Shown: positions 1-13,070 of the stretch, piece after piece | Numbering within the stretch: position 1 is the first letter of the stretch | Layout: the number at the start of each line of letters is the position of its first letter | Source: Eledone cirrhosa | Taxonomy: Eukaryota | Length of the DNA stretch: 64,000 nt | Assembly (NCBI GenBank): GCA_964016885.1 | Contig: OZ024742.1 | Span: 277,884,001 to 277,948,000 of the forward strand | Reading direction: 5' to 3' | The notes under the pieces: generated by a model | What the model saw: only the letters and a program-made list of their open reading frames with translations | The model's database searches: none | Told to the model about the DNA's origin: nothing | Made by a program: the position numbers and the translations under genes

Positions 1-591
1 CATCTCATGACAGACTAGGGAAAGAATCAAGTACATCTTGTAGTTGAGAAACAAAAAATGACCGACCAATTCCTCTTTGAATTACTCTCCGTCGAGACCT
101 CTGGCGTCCTTGGTCTCTGCACAGCTGATTTCCTTTGTTTTTTCTCTTGGGGTGCGGCTAAAGCACCGTACAAACTGGGGTGTAATAATTGTCTCTACTC
201 CCTTTTACCACCGCTTGATACTTCTTTCTTTTCCCCCTTTCATTTTCTTTTTTCTTCTCCCTTTTCTGTTCCCTTTAGTTGTGTGTTTGGTTTTTAGATA
301 TACAGAGATAGGTGAATATAAACATAGAAATAAAACAAAACGTTATATAGGGAAGGCCAACGGGGGGTAAATAAACACATAAAAGGATAACGAAAAAATG
401 GAAAGCAAGGGAAGCTGTAAAGCAGCTAGAAGGTTCAGTCGTTGAATCTCTTCGTAACTCCAATGTATTAAACTATTTTGTTTATAGTTGACAGATCTTT
501 GTCAATATATTGTATCTCCAATCTTGGTACTTTCTTAATGATTGGCTTCGAGATGTTCACTCTCTCAGACAGATAGGATAGTGTATATATA

Positions 592-1486
592 CGAGGTGTG
601 TCAGAAAAGTTCCAGGACTGATGTCACAAAAGATTTATTTCAAACCCAAACTTCACACTAAGAGTGTTCTCCTTCAAAGTAATCCCCCTGGAGTCTAATG
701 CACTTTTCCATCATTTTCTGCCACGCTTGCATGCACGCCTGGAAGGATTCTTCCGGGATCCTCCGCAGTTCCGTCGTCACGGCCTTTTTGATGTCGTCCA
801 CGTCTTCAAAACGGGTCCCCTCCGGGTCGTACTCGAAGATCCATGACTCATCACCGGTGACGACTGTCCCTAGCAAGTCAGGTTCAGTTTCAAGACGCTC
901 GAGGATGTCCTGGCACACTTGCATGCGTCGACCCTTCTGGTCATCGTTCAGCAGTTTTGGCACCATCTTCGTGCAGACTTTCCGCATGTCCACATCTTCA
1001 GTGAGAATCTTCCAGACGCTGTCCCGAATCATGCCCAGCTCATTTGCCATCAGTCGAACAGTCAGCCGACGATCGCTACGCACCATCTGCCTGACGCGCT
1101 CAACGTTGACCTCAACGTTGACCTCAGGTTGTTGAGAGCCTTCCGCTCCCGGGGGTCATCTTGCACCACTCAAAAAACACATGAGCGTGACATCGTCTCA
1201 TCTCCATACACTTGCTGCAGCAATCCCAGTTCCTCTGACAGATTTTTCCCCAACCGTACCAGAAACTTCAAGTATGTTCGTTGCTCTGTGCTCATTGCTT
1301 GACGACCTGAAACAGAGGACATGTATATAAAATTATGAAGAAAAAAGTTTGATCGCTGCAGAGAGCTAAGATTACAGTTACATACTTCAGGGAGATTACT
1401 TTGAAGGAGAAAACTCTTAGTGTGAAGTTTGGGTTTGAAATAAATCTTTTGTGACATCAGTCCTGGAACTTTTCTGACATACCTCG
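592..1486 (-). mobile_element. Internally deleted mariner (Tc1/mariner) DNA transposon
   Basis: TA on both sides (590-591, 1487-1488); 103-bp TIRs 592-694 and 1384-1486 starting CGAGGT(G/A)TGTCAGAAAAG; transposase remnants inside. Confidence 0.95.
658..1300 (-). pseudogene. Mariner transposase remnant (HTH and first catalytic Asp present, catalytic core deleted, frameshifted)
   Basis: EQRTYLKFLVRLGK N-terminus, DRRLTVR, KMVPKLL (WVP-like), TGDESWIFEYDPE joined directly to GTRFEDVDDIK, C-terminal GDYFE. Confidence 0.92.
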
Positions 1487-1496
1487 TATATATGTG

Positions 1497-1537
1497 TTGT
1501 CCCCTTTTCTTGTGCGCCCTTGTGGCAAATAAAGAAA
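1497..1537 (+). mobile_element. 3' terminal fragment of a Tx1-like LINE
   Basis: TTGTCCCC...CCCTTGTGGCAAATAAAGAAA resembles the Tx1 3' ends at 28083-28120 and 29131-29170. Confidence 0.6.
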
Positions 1538-1608
1538 TATATATATATATATTATTCGTTTATTTATTTATTCATTTATTTATGTATACATGTATGCACA
1601 TATATACA

Positions 1609-1648
<40 letters not shown>

Positions 1649-1784
1649 TGTATGCGTGCATGCGGGCATGTGTGCTAACGCATTCAATATATATATATAT
1701 ATATACATATCTACTTATATCCATATTTATAAATAAATAAATAAATATATATATGTATATATGTATATCTATCTATCTATCTAT

Positions 1785-1856
<72 letters not shown>

Positions 1857-1858
<2 letters not shown>

Positions 1859-2412
1859 CGGCGATAAATTTGTTTTGCGAGGTTTTTGATATAAAATCTT
1901 GTGTCGAAACAGATATTGTTATACTTGGGGAGGGTCATATTGTTGTAATAATATTGCCAGAAATAATAACAGAACACACTCACTGTTCGGTTGGTTTCGC
2001 GTCTGTATCTTTTATATCTCCATAATTAATTCATTCGGCAATCAATATTTATCATTGATTGACCAACGGTCAAAAATACAGATATAAATACATATATATA
2101 TAGTCTAACAGAGTTCTTTCGTTGCACATCTGCAACATCATCAGTGGTACTATAATGTTTCCTCCTGTTGTATTGTATGTCTACGCCATTTTTATTTTAT
2201 CTCTAAAATATCTAAGATATAAAAGATATATATATAAAAGATATAAACTATCTAAGACATAAAAGATATATATATAAAAGATATATATATAAAAGATATA
2301 AAATATCTAAGATATAAAAGTTACAGAAGCGAAACCAACCGAACAGTGAGTGTGTTCTGTTATTATTTCTGGCAATATTATTACAACAATATGACCCTCC
2401 CCAAGTATAACA

Positions 2413-2415
<3 letters not shown>
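1857..2415. mobile_element. ORF-less PLE remnant, family A (Neptune-like): inverted pLTR with tail plus sense 3' end
   Basis: About 1913-2001 is the reverse complement of about 2329-2415; ATGACCCTCCC.AAGTATAACAATAT end shared with 36950 and 58130; flanked by (TA)n. Confidence 0.8.
2109..2146 (-). ncRNA. Type I hammerhead ribozyme motif
   Basis: Minus strand: CA CTGATGA t GTTGCA gatg TGCAAC GAAA GAAC TC TG; stem I is short. Confidence 0.7.
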
Positions 2416-2476
<61 letters not shown>

Positions 2477-3947
2477 TATATTACATTTCGGAATTGTATT
2501 TGTTAGGAAATTGACTCGATTGGAGACAGTCTTTTGAAACTAAAATAATTATATTTAATCATTAATCAGACACACACACACGCACACATATATATATATA
2601 TATATACACACAATCATGCACACACAAACACGTACATACACTGTAAAATCCCCTTTACTTTAATCATATATTTCCTGGTGTTCACTGTTTCATTCAGTGC
2701 AACTTCATTACATGGTAAAACTGTGCTCGTAAGCATGTCGTAAACTGAGACAGAATTTTACGAGGAAAATAATGTTATTTAGCGTTCTAAGTTCCTGCTC
2801 CAACTCCAGTGATTATAAAGCTAGTATCATGATAGGACTGAACCCCTCAGTTATAACAACACGCAAGAAATCTCCCATGAGATGTAACTTCATTGTTGGC
2901 AGGCGAAACCTGTAGCAGCAACATTATCCATCTAAATGTAAACGTTCCCAATGCGGAGAGTTGATTGGTTATACATAAACACGCTCGATATAAATAATTT
3001 AATTTACCCTTTTGAAGGAAGCATATGCATTAAAATCTCAATATATAATAAACAGATAATTAATATCTGTTAAACACCGATTAGAATACATCTCACGTTA
3101 ATAAAACTGTGAATCTACTTTGTAAAAAGAAACATTCCTCGCTGTCTGCCATGATAAATATTATATCAACGTATAGTTTTCTAGTTACTGTGTTTTCATT
3201 ACCAAATTGATTGCAAGAACATATTCCATAGCAAATAGTGTGTGCATTATTAATACACCATATTAATTCAATTTAAGATGTTAAATACGTTGGTAAATAA
3301 ATGTATTCCATTAATAAAATTTAAACACATTTTTTTCTCTCTCCACTATTAATTAATCATATATATTACTTACATTTCTTTCAAATTTCTTTCAAGCAAT
3401 TCATATGAATTGGTAATATTACAGAATATCATAGTTAATAAATAAAATACATTCAAATACAATTAGTTATCATTGAATTAATTCACTATGAGAGATAAAA
3501 CCGTCTACCTAGTCAATAAATACGATCCAATAACAATATTCGTATCATCGAACAAAAACAGAATTTATCATTTTTCTATTATCATTAAACATTTGAGGCA
3601 TTGAGGAAATTTTGAAAGTATGTTATCTTTTTGAAAATCTGTAGGTGAACTATAAATAATAGTCAGTTAAGTCAAATAAATACCTTCATTGACAGAACTG
3701 CCAGCGAGGATCGAACCGGAAACTGATATATGATAGTATACGACAGATGCATGGTTCAATATCCACAGTCGTTTTGTCCACTTATTTTTTCCATAAGCAA
3801 ACATTACGGCAAAAAATATGACTGAACCACTTACGATAATCGACCTCCATATCTGTTGTATACTCGGTAATAGCATAGACGTATGCATACAGGTATATAT
3901 GTATATATATACGTGTGTATGTATGTATGTGTTTATGTATGTATATA

Positions 3948-4158
3948 GGCGTGTGGCTGAGCGGTTAGAGAATTGGATTCGCAATCGAAAGGTTGTGAGT
4001 TCGATTCCTGGACCAGGCGATGCGTTATGTCCTTGAGCAAGACACTTTATTTCACGTCGCTCCTTCTACCTGGAGTTACGACCGATAGATAGTATTAGCA
4101 ATTGGAAAGACCAACGGAAACATTGTTTCCTCGGTCCGATTTGACGAAAGTCGATCGT
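3948..4158 (+). mobile_element. tRNA-derived CORE-type SINE
   Basis: A box TGGCTGAGCGG, B box GAGTTCGATTCC, CORE-like GTCCTTGAGCAAGACACTT; near-identical copies at 45922 and 46243. Confidence 0.85.
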
Positions 4159-4160
4159 TC

Positions 4161-4211
<51 letters not shown>

Positions 4212-4214
<3 letters not shown>

Positions 4215-4622
4215 AAAGAATAGAGGTGTAACATACGAGTTATGATATATTGGTAAAAGGAAAAGAAAATGCTGACAAATTGTTCCCAGTGAAAAATAGT
4301 TTAATTAGGAATAAGTAAAAATTAGTAATAGTATTGGTTAGTATTCAGTTTTGGTTTTAAGTTTTTACCGGTTGCGCATTTCTAATGCTTTTCAAAAATA
4401 ATTTTGAGATAGAGCGCCCGTGATGTTTGCTCTAATCTGATTAGAGCAAACATCACGGGCGCTCTATCTCAAAATTATTTTTGAAAAGCATTAGAAATGC
4501 GCAACCGGTAAAAACTTAAAACCAAAACTGAATACTAACCAATACTATTACTAATTTTTACTTATTCCTAATTAAACTATTTTTCACTGGGAACAATTTG
4601 TCAGCATTTTCTTTTCCTTTTA

Positions 4623-4631
<9 letters not shown>
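4212..4631. mobile_element. Fold-back PLE remnant, family B: perfect palindrome with a one-sided 33-nt tail
   Basis: Arms 4245-4437 and 4439-4631 (193 bp, no mismatch seen, 1-nt loop); the same sequence forms the 3' end of the coding PLE at 59720. Confidence 0.9.
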
Positions 4632-4671
<40 letters not shown>

Positions 4672-4674
<3 letters not shown>

Positions 4675-4779
4675 AACGGAAAAAATGAAACGAAATTTCA
4701 TTTCTCACTCTTAGTACGGCTGTTACTTAAATATAAGTATGTATACGTACATACATATATGTATACAGACGTACAGTAG

Positions 4780-4811
<32 letters not shown>

Positions 4812-5445
4812 CATGCACACATATATATGTACGTATGGATTCACCGAACATTTATTATAATGCTCGGTGTGTTTGTAAACAGACATCCCGAATTAAGCCG
4901 TACAGTGTCTAGCAACCACCGTTGCTCATTTGTTCAACACTGACAAAGGAACACTGTACTAGTTTCAAGCTTATTAGCTATCGTCAGCAACGTATACCTT
5001 CCTGCTAGATGGTTGAACGTCTGAAAATATTTACTTTCCTTATGCATATTAACGGCTGAGCAGCCTAATTTGCATATCGATTGAGTTAATCGGCCGGGGT
5101 ACCGAAAACGATAAACGGAAAAATGAAACGAAATTTCATTTCTCACTCTCAGTACGGCTGTTACTTAAATATAAGTATGTATACGTACATACATATATGT
5201 ATACAGACGTACAGTAGTATGTATATATATATATATACATACATGCACACATATATATATATGTACGTATGGATTCACCGAACATTTACCGAACATTTAT
5301 CCATTTCTGATGAAGACGGTAAGATGGATCGATATTACCGAGACTATAAATATGGAGTTACATAATTACTATCGATAAATCAACCTTCTGAAACGATCGT
5401 AAAATAATGAACTAATTAAGTGATAAACTTCTTTTTCTTTTTAAA
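4672..5445 (+). repeat. About 180-bp direct repeat pair followed by a degenerate HHR-like motif; probable PLE or retrozyme-like remnant
   Basis: 4672-4854 matches 5111-5288; CTGATGA..GGTAA..TTACC GAGAC at about 5307-5345. Confidence 0.55.
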
Positions 5446-5655
5446 TATATATATATATACGTTCATACACACATACACACATACATACGTACGGACACAC
5501 ACACACACACACACAACACTATATATATATATATATATATATATGAATGGAATATATTTATACACTTACCTACAGGTATAGGCAGTTGTAAGTAAAGAAA
5601 TATATAATCACAAAAGTTATGTTCGTAGTTTTCTCCCTTCCGAAAAAACAACCCT

Positions 5656-5656
<1 letters not shown>

Positions 5657-5720
<64 letters not shown>
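5657..5720. repeat. (TAC)n microsatellite
   Basis: Direct reading. Confidence 0.98.
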
Positions 5721-5721
<1 letters not shown>

Positions 5722-5914
5722 ACAGTTTCAACCACTTTTCATACAATGTTCTAATCAAGGAATTATATGAAATATTTTATTACTATACACCCCGTCATTT
5801 TTAACGATTACTATGGTAGTATATACATACACACACCCTCTCCACACACCCACCCACACATACACCCATATATATAAATATATATATATTATATATATAC
5901 CCCCACTTGTGTGG

Positions 5915-5964
<50 letters not shown>

Positions 5965-6215
5965 CCACACAACGTGTACAATCGCAACGATTAATCTTGT
6001 CTCGCACTGAGTAAAGATAAGAATATATTTAAACATCGAACTTCTTGTGGCATAACAAAGGCTTGTGTGTGTGTGTGTGCGCATGTGTGAGGAACTGCAC
6101 CCACAGTATCTATGTGTTGGTGTCTGGAGGATGGGGTGTGGCTGCTGATAGAATAAAAGAGAGGTATTCGACTGGGAAGTGTGTGTTTGTGTACACACGC
6201 ACATACACACACACT

Positions 6216-6269
<54 letters not shown>

Positions 6270-6734
6270 TGCGTGCGTGTGCGTGTGTACACAAACATAC
6301 ACACTTCTCAGTCGAATACACACACACATATATATATATATATATACAAACACACATACACACACATATATGTTTATGCATATTAAAACTGGTGTCTACG
6401 GGTTGGTGGTGATTGGGGTGCGCGCAATAATAATGTTATTTGTCTGTGGATATTGTTAAAATACTTGTTTATTTTTCCTTTTGTGTGTCTGTGTATTGGT
6501 ATCGTTAGTGCCGTTGTTGTTTTAAGCGGGTGCAGTCTTTTAGTAGTTTTCTACTTATAAAAAATCCTTGTCATTAGTATTATTGTTGTTGTTGCTGTTG
6601 TTGCTGTTGCTGTTGTTGTTGTTTTGTTATTATTATCATTGTTATTGTTTATTCATTATTTATCTGTTTTTATCACAAAGTCTGATGATTTTTTTTGTTC
6701 TAATACTTACGTGCGAAGGGTATTTGAGTTTTTT

Positions 6735-6792
<58 letters not shown>

Positions 6793-6948
6793 TATTTGAG
6801 TGTGTGCGCGTGTGTTTGAGTCAGTATGTATCTATATGCACACATATACAGGTATATATATATACATATATATATATACACATATATATATATATATATA
6901 TACATATATACTTTTATATACTTTTATATATATACATACTTTTATATA

Positions 6949-6979
<31 letters not shown>

Positions 6980-7770
6980 CAATATATAAGGAAACACACA
7001 CATATATATCATGATTGTCCCTGATTAATATTCTTGCAATAGAAGGAAGTAGATTAGAAAAATATCAAAAATAACAAAGCAAAGAAATAACTAAAACCCA
7101 GAAGGACAATAACAACAACAATGGCCACAATAATAAGAATAACAATAATAATAATAATAATAGTATAAATTACATTTTTTTTTTCCTTTTAGTCTGAAAA
7201 AAGTTTTTTCGAAGTTTCTCGAAATAAGTTCTTACTCGTCGTCTCGTTGGCTGGTTTAGGTGTGATTGAGTAACGTATTGCTAAAAAAATAAAATTGATT
7301 TCTTTTGATTATCGACAAAGCTGAATATATAGTTTCTTGTTTTAACCTTTTTGATACCATCCCATCCAAAACCACTTCTAATTCTAAGAAACAACCCTCT
7401 TTTATTTTAAAGGATCTTCATTGAAACTAAAATCTTCCAGCATAATTTGACATAAGAACCATGTTACGTTATGTTTCAAACGCCATCTTAATAATTATTT
7501 CTATTATTGACACAAGGCCAGCAATTTAGGGGACTAAAATGTTTTGCAATACGCTGACGTGTATACGTATATGTGTGTGTATGTGCATATGCATACATTT
7601 ATATGTATGAGTATATAAATATAAACATGCAAACACAGAGACACTTACGAAAATACACACTCACAGACATACATTCACACAAATACGCACATACATTCAC
7701 ACAAGCACACACACACACACACACACATGTGTGTGTTTGTGTATATGTATACACAAACACACATACTCTC

Positions 7771-8271
<501 letters not shown>

Positions 8272-8309
8272 TGTGTCACATGGACTGAAGTCGCTCAAAT
8301 TCATATATT

Positions 8310-8480
8310 GAAGTCGATTGAAAGTCGATTTTATTGACGCCAGCTTTTAATTGTTACTTTATTTTCTCGATCCTACAAGGTTGAAAGGCAAAGTTGATCA
8401 CAACAGGAGAAGAACTCAACGTAAAAAATTATAACTAAATACCACAAATATTTTGTTCGACACTCTACCGATACTGCTAA
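8310..8480 (-). mobile_element. Degenerate tRNA-derived SINE, family S2
   Basis: Reverse complement similar to 8482-8608 (GAAAGGCAAAGTT, CTCTACCGATACTGC). Confidence 0.6.
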
Positions 8481-8481
8481 G

Positions 8482-8608
8482 TATCGGTAGAGGGTCGGAC
8501 GCCATGCATTGCAGCAAAGAGTTACGGCCCTTTATGGTCTGAGTTCAAATCCCGCCGAGGTTAACTTTGTCTTTCATCCTTACAGGGTCGATAAAATAAA
8601 GTTCCCAG
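8482..8608 (+). mobile_element. tRNA-derived SINE, family S2
   Basis: B box GAGTTCAAATCCC; central CTTTCATCCTTAC.GGGTCGATAAAAT domain; several copies in the window. Confidence 0.8.
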
Positions 8609-8639
8609 CCTTTTCACTACAAAGGACTCTTTTTATTTA

Positions 8640-8968
8640 CCGTATTTCCCGGTGTCGAAGACGCTACTTTTTTCATAAAATAGGTCTCAAAAATCTACCA
8701 TGCGTCCTGGAGGCCGAAGGTTCAGCATAGAGTTACAGCCCTTTATGATCTGAATTCAAATCCCGCTGAGGTTAACTTTGCCTTTCATCCTTACAGAGTC
8801 GATAAAATAAAGCACCAGTCACGCATTGGGGTCGATTTAATCGACTTTCCCCTCCCCAAAATTACTGGCCTTGTGCCTATATGAGAAAACATTCTTTTTA
8901 AAATTTTTGGTTGTCAAAATTAGGGTGCATCTTCGAGGACGAAGCGTCTTCGGCTCCGGGAAATACGG
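8640..8968. mobile_element. pogo/Tc2-type MITE with a nested S2 SINE (about 8724-8882)
   Basis: 26-bp TIRs CCGTATTTCCCGG(T/A)G(T/C)CGAAGACGCT (24/26 match); TA on the left, CA on the right. Confidence 0.8.
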
Positions 8969-9884
8969 CAAATGAATTTCCCACTGACACCCATTCTCAC
9001 TACAATTAATGATGTGTGTATAGTATGTTTTTACCAAAATAGTTGAAATTTTGAACTTGGTTAACGGACCCTTATGTTGGTAACAAGTGGGCAAAGTTAT
9101 CAAATACATCCTTTGATTTGATTTTGGAAAAAGAAGTTATAAAATTGTAATTTTGAGAGATTTGGCTGACCAGCATGTCAATTGACTATGAAGAGGCGGC
9201 TTCGTTCACTCAATTTATCAGAGAATTGCTGATTTGTCTTGGTTAGCAGTTTAAAATAATGGCAAATTGAAAGACTTTATTATTTGAATAAATTTGTATC
9301 TGTATTAAAAACAAACAAATATTTACTGTTTTTAAAAAAAGAATGAAACCCGCATCTACTCACTTTTTATTCCTTTAAAATACTGTTTTTTTTTTGTTAC
9401 TAACAAATAAAGTACTCGTAAACTCGTACATTTATACTAGTATACTACTTGTATACTAGTATAAATGTGTGTATATGTGTTTCAGTGTGTGTGTATGTGT
9501 GTGTGTGTGTGTGTATGTATGTGTGTGTGTGTGTGCGTGTGTGTGTGTGTGTCAGTGTTTGTTTGTGTGAATGATGTAGAAATATACTATTTGGTCCGGT
9601 TTAATCTGTAATCATTTTCTTGCGCCTCATTTCGTTCTATTTCACATACATACACATACATACTCCCTGTCTCATTCACATACACACCGACACTCATACA
9701 TATATACATACACTTATTCATAGACAGAAACACACATGTTATCGATCGCTACTTTTCACTGTCTTTTCCTCAATACTAAAATTGTATAACACACCAAAGC
9801 AAACTATTCACTATATTTCTATGTGGGCTTCATGTCATCCCTAAGGCTGGTGGAGATGGAGAAACTAAAAAGAATTAGCTGAGC

Positions 9885-10043
9885 GAGTGACTGTAAGAAA
9901 GAAGAGAGAAGTGTGAGAGAGATAGTGTGTGTGTGTTTATATATATGTTTATATATATAATATATATATATATATATAAACATATATATAAACACACACA
10001 CACTATCTCGCTCACACTTCTCTCTTCTTTCTTACAGTCACTC
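9885..10043. repeat. Fold-back inverted duplication centred on (TA)n
   Basis: GAGTGACTGTAAGAAAGAAGAGAGAAGTGTGAG... reappears as its reverse complement across the TA tract. Confidence 0.9.
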
Positions 10044-10613
10044 ATATATATTTATATATATATATAAATATATATATATATAGAGAGAGAGAGTGAGAGA
10101 GGGGTGAGAGAGAGAGAGAGAAAAAAGAAAGAGAAAGAATAAAGGAAGAATAAAATAAATAAAAGAATGGAAAGAAGAAGACAGAGAAAAGACGGAAACA
10201 AAATGTACATTTGGTAAAAATGTTTTCTCTTTGATGTCAGTGAAGATATTTCGCGATCTTTTAACGAAAAAAACGTAATAAATGCAATTGCGCCTTACTA
10301 AACGCTTTATTTCCTTTGGCCAAACACAATAATTCTTTTAACACTAATTTTCACTCTATTGAATCTTCACGTTTGTTAAGGAGTAAGAAGAAGCCTTTAA
10401 AAAGATCTCTTCTTCTTCCTAACAAAACAGAAAGAACAACGACAATAACACCAAAAACTACAAGGAAAATATAACGGAAAATAAAATGAAAATAAAATAA
10501 CACATTACACAATCTTAATTTTTGTGTTGTGTTCTTTTTAGGAAGAAAACTATTCGATCATTTGTTTCTCTATATCCTCCTCCTCCCCCACTCTCTCTCT
10601 CTCTCTCTCTCTC

Positions 10614-10614
<1 letters not shown>

Positions 10615-10644
<30 letters not shown>

Positions 10645-10933
10645 CTTCTTCTTCTTCTTCTTCTTCTTCTTCTTCTTCTTCTTCTTCTTCTTCTTCTTCT
10701 TCTTCTTCTTCTTCTTCTTCTTCTTCTTCTAACACATAAGATAGTGTCCTCTATTGATTGATTACAGCGCAGTTTCCTTATTGAAAAGCTCTTTCATCTA
10801 TTTTTCTATCTTGTCACTTCTTCCTCTCCACACAATAACAACAAAAAGAACAACAGCTATCACCACCACCGCCACCACCACCACCACCACCACCACCACC
10901 GCCACCGCCACCACCACCACCAACACCACCACA

Positions 10934-11008
<75 letters not shown>
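10615..11008. repeat. (TTC)n, (CAC)n and (TAC)n microsatellites
   Basis: Direct reading: 10615-10730, 10861-10932, 10934-11008. Confidence 0.97.
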
Positions 11009-11009
<1 letters not shown>

Positions 11010-12800
11010 GATAACAGATGGATTTTCTGGCCAGCGGGACTTCTTCGCCCCACAAAAAAAGAGCATGCTTTCTTGACTGATCATGTGTTTTTGGGGGGCA
11101 TGGCACAACAACCAGGTGGTAGTTTATCACCGAAGCGATGAAGACTGGTCACTTTCGCCATGCGTTTGAGGGACAGCTTTTTCTTTGACCATTTGTAAGT
11201 GACATTAGCTACTTTCTTCATGACCTTCCAGTTCTTGTTTACCTGGAGGTCCTATGCAAATCCGACTTTAAGCACCACTTTAGCAGAGCCGTCGGACCAA
11301 CGGCTAAAATTGCCGCTGGACCGCATTGGATTGCTTCTTCGTGTGCTCAGTTGCAAGTCCACTAACTTATCCCGGTTTAAGCAAGCTCCAGTAATATGCT
11401 GGTATTCTGAAAACGCAACCGAAGCAACAATTCTTAAGGCAATTTCCAGGTAGCGATGGCCGATCTTGTCGAAAGCTTCGGACTGATCTAGACTGACCAG
11501 TGGCCCACCAAAGCCAGTCCTACTTCAGACCTGTTGTATGATGTATCTCATGAGGTGGAGGTTGTCATAGATAGATCTGCCACTAATATGAACATCTTCA
11601 ATTACACTACCAATGAAAATTCCAATCTCTTGGCAAGCAATTTTGCAAACGCCTTCAGCTCTGTGTTCAGTATAATTACACTATCTTTATTTAGACAATT
11701 CACCGACTCCCGCAACTGAGAATGCTTCTAGTCTGCTTTCAACTGGGTTTCCTACCGTCAACTGGTACCTGCATTCTATTACACTCCTCAAAGCAGAACC
11801 ATTCGGGAATGTTTTCAAGAGTCGCCGGAGTAATTGAAACTAGGAACTTCAGGGATATTACTGACCTATTTTGTTGCTGGCTGGACTTCCACCCATTGAA
11901 CTCTCCATAACTATGAGTTGGTCACTGTAGGCTGCTACTTTATTAACGATTAATTTTGCTGTTCTCTTTCCGAAGTAAAATGGGACCATCACATATTCCT
12001 GTGGAGTACTGATAGTGATGAAGAGTCTGCGATCTTTCTGTTCGCTGTATCAGGCTGCCCCACAGTCCCATAACTCTTTCTTCACACTTTGTAAAATATT
12101 GTATCCCGTATTTTTTTTCAGACTCGCCTGAACCTCGAATGGAGTGGAGTATTGCAATTTCTAGTGCCTCCTCTGGGTGCACCAGAATTCATTTTTTATG
12201 GTGTAACTGATTTCTTTTGCGGACAACACCATCACTCCAGACCGAACAATATCGTTTTTACATTCCTTAATCAACTCAGCTTTTCTGTCCACCTACTGGT
12301 TGCTTTGGTAAAAAGTGAGATTATATTTTGCCATTGTGCTAGTATTGTTGTTGATGGGTGTGGTTTTGTTGCTGTTGTTGGTTCTTTTGAAGTTGTTGCT
12401 GCTTTTGTATTGTTGCTAATTTTGAAGTTCTTGATGTTTTTGTCGTTGTCGTAGCTACCTGCTGTAAGCTGTAATCATAGAAAAGAGAATGACCAATGCC
12501 ATCCTACTACGGTTGCTACTACTACTCTGTGTAGTAGGAGGAATGACAGATATGTTGAATCTTTTGACTTTTGCTCTTTCCTCAAATCTGAACAAGCCAT
12601 TTTGAATCTTACAAAACTTTGGCTGAGAAAAAAATTAGGAAAGGGAAATAAGCGTCCGTTCCTCGTAGAAAAATATAAATGACCTCCATGGCACTTTTTT
12701 TTGTCACCTGCGGAAGCCAATGGCAAGAATTTTAGCCTGCCATGGTCGGTGAAAATAAGCAGAATTGCATAAAAACATACACCCGAAGAAGCCACCTTAT
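11009..12800 (-). mobile_element. Old, deleted Tx1-clade LINE relic
   Basis: Minus-strand peptides matching ORF2 of the 22334 element: NYHLVVVPCP, LFLWGEEVPLARKSICYQ, DQSEAFDKIGH, LNTELKAFAKLLAKRL; the upstream boundary is uncertain. Confidence 0.8.
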
Positions 12801-12962
12801 GTCCAAGTCAGAAAATAATAATAATGATTTCATTAATTTTCTGAGTGCCAGATGAAGAGGATATTACAATGACAGATTGCATAGAATGTAAGGCGTTTAC
12901 ATGGAAAATCAGACGATTGGAGAAGGGAAAAGAAGAAAAAATGGTATATATATATATAATGA

Positions 12963-13070
<108 letters not shown>

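Noticed and set aside
2650-3890. Non-repetitive-looking stretches here and at 13630-15060 and 51660-52140 as host exons
   Set aside because: I found no recognisable protein motif or consistent splice structure; RNA-seq or homology search is needed.
3948-4020. Possible tRNA genes here and at 45922 and 46380
   Set aside because: A and B boxes are present, but there is no convincing acceptor stem and the sequence continues into a SINE core.
4245-4631. Palindromes as sequencing fold-back artefacts or ordinary DNA-transposon MITEs
   Set aside because: An independent copy has the same ends but a different turn point, the tail is one-sided, and the arms match a PLE 3' end. Read-level confirmation is still needed.
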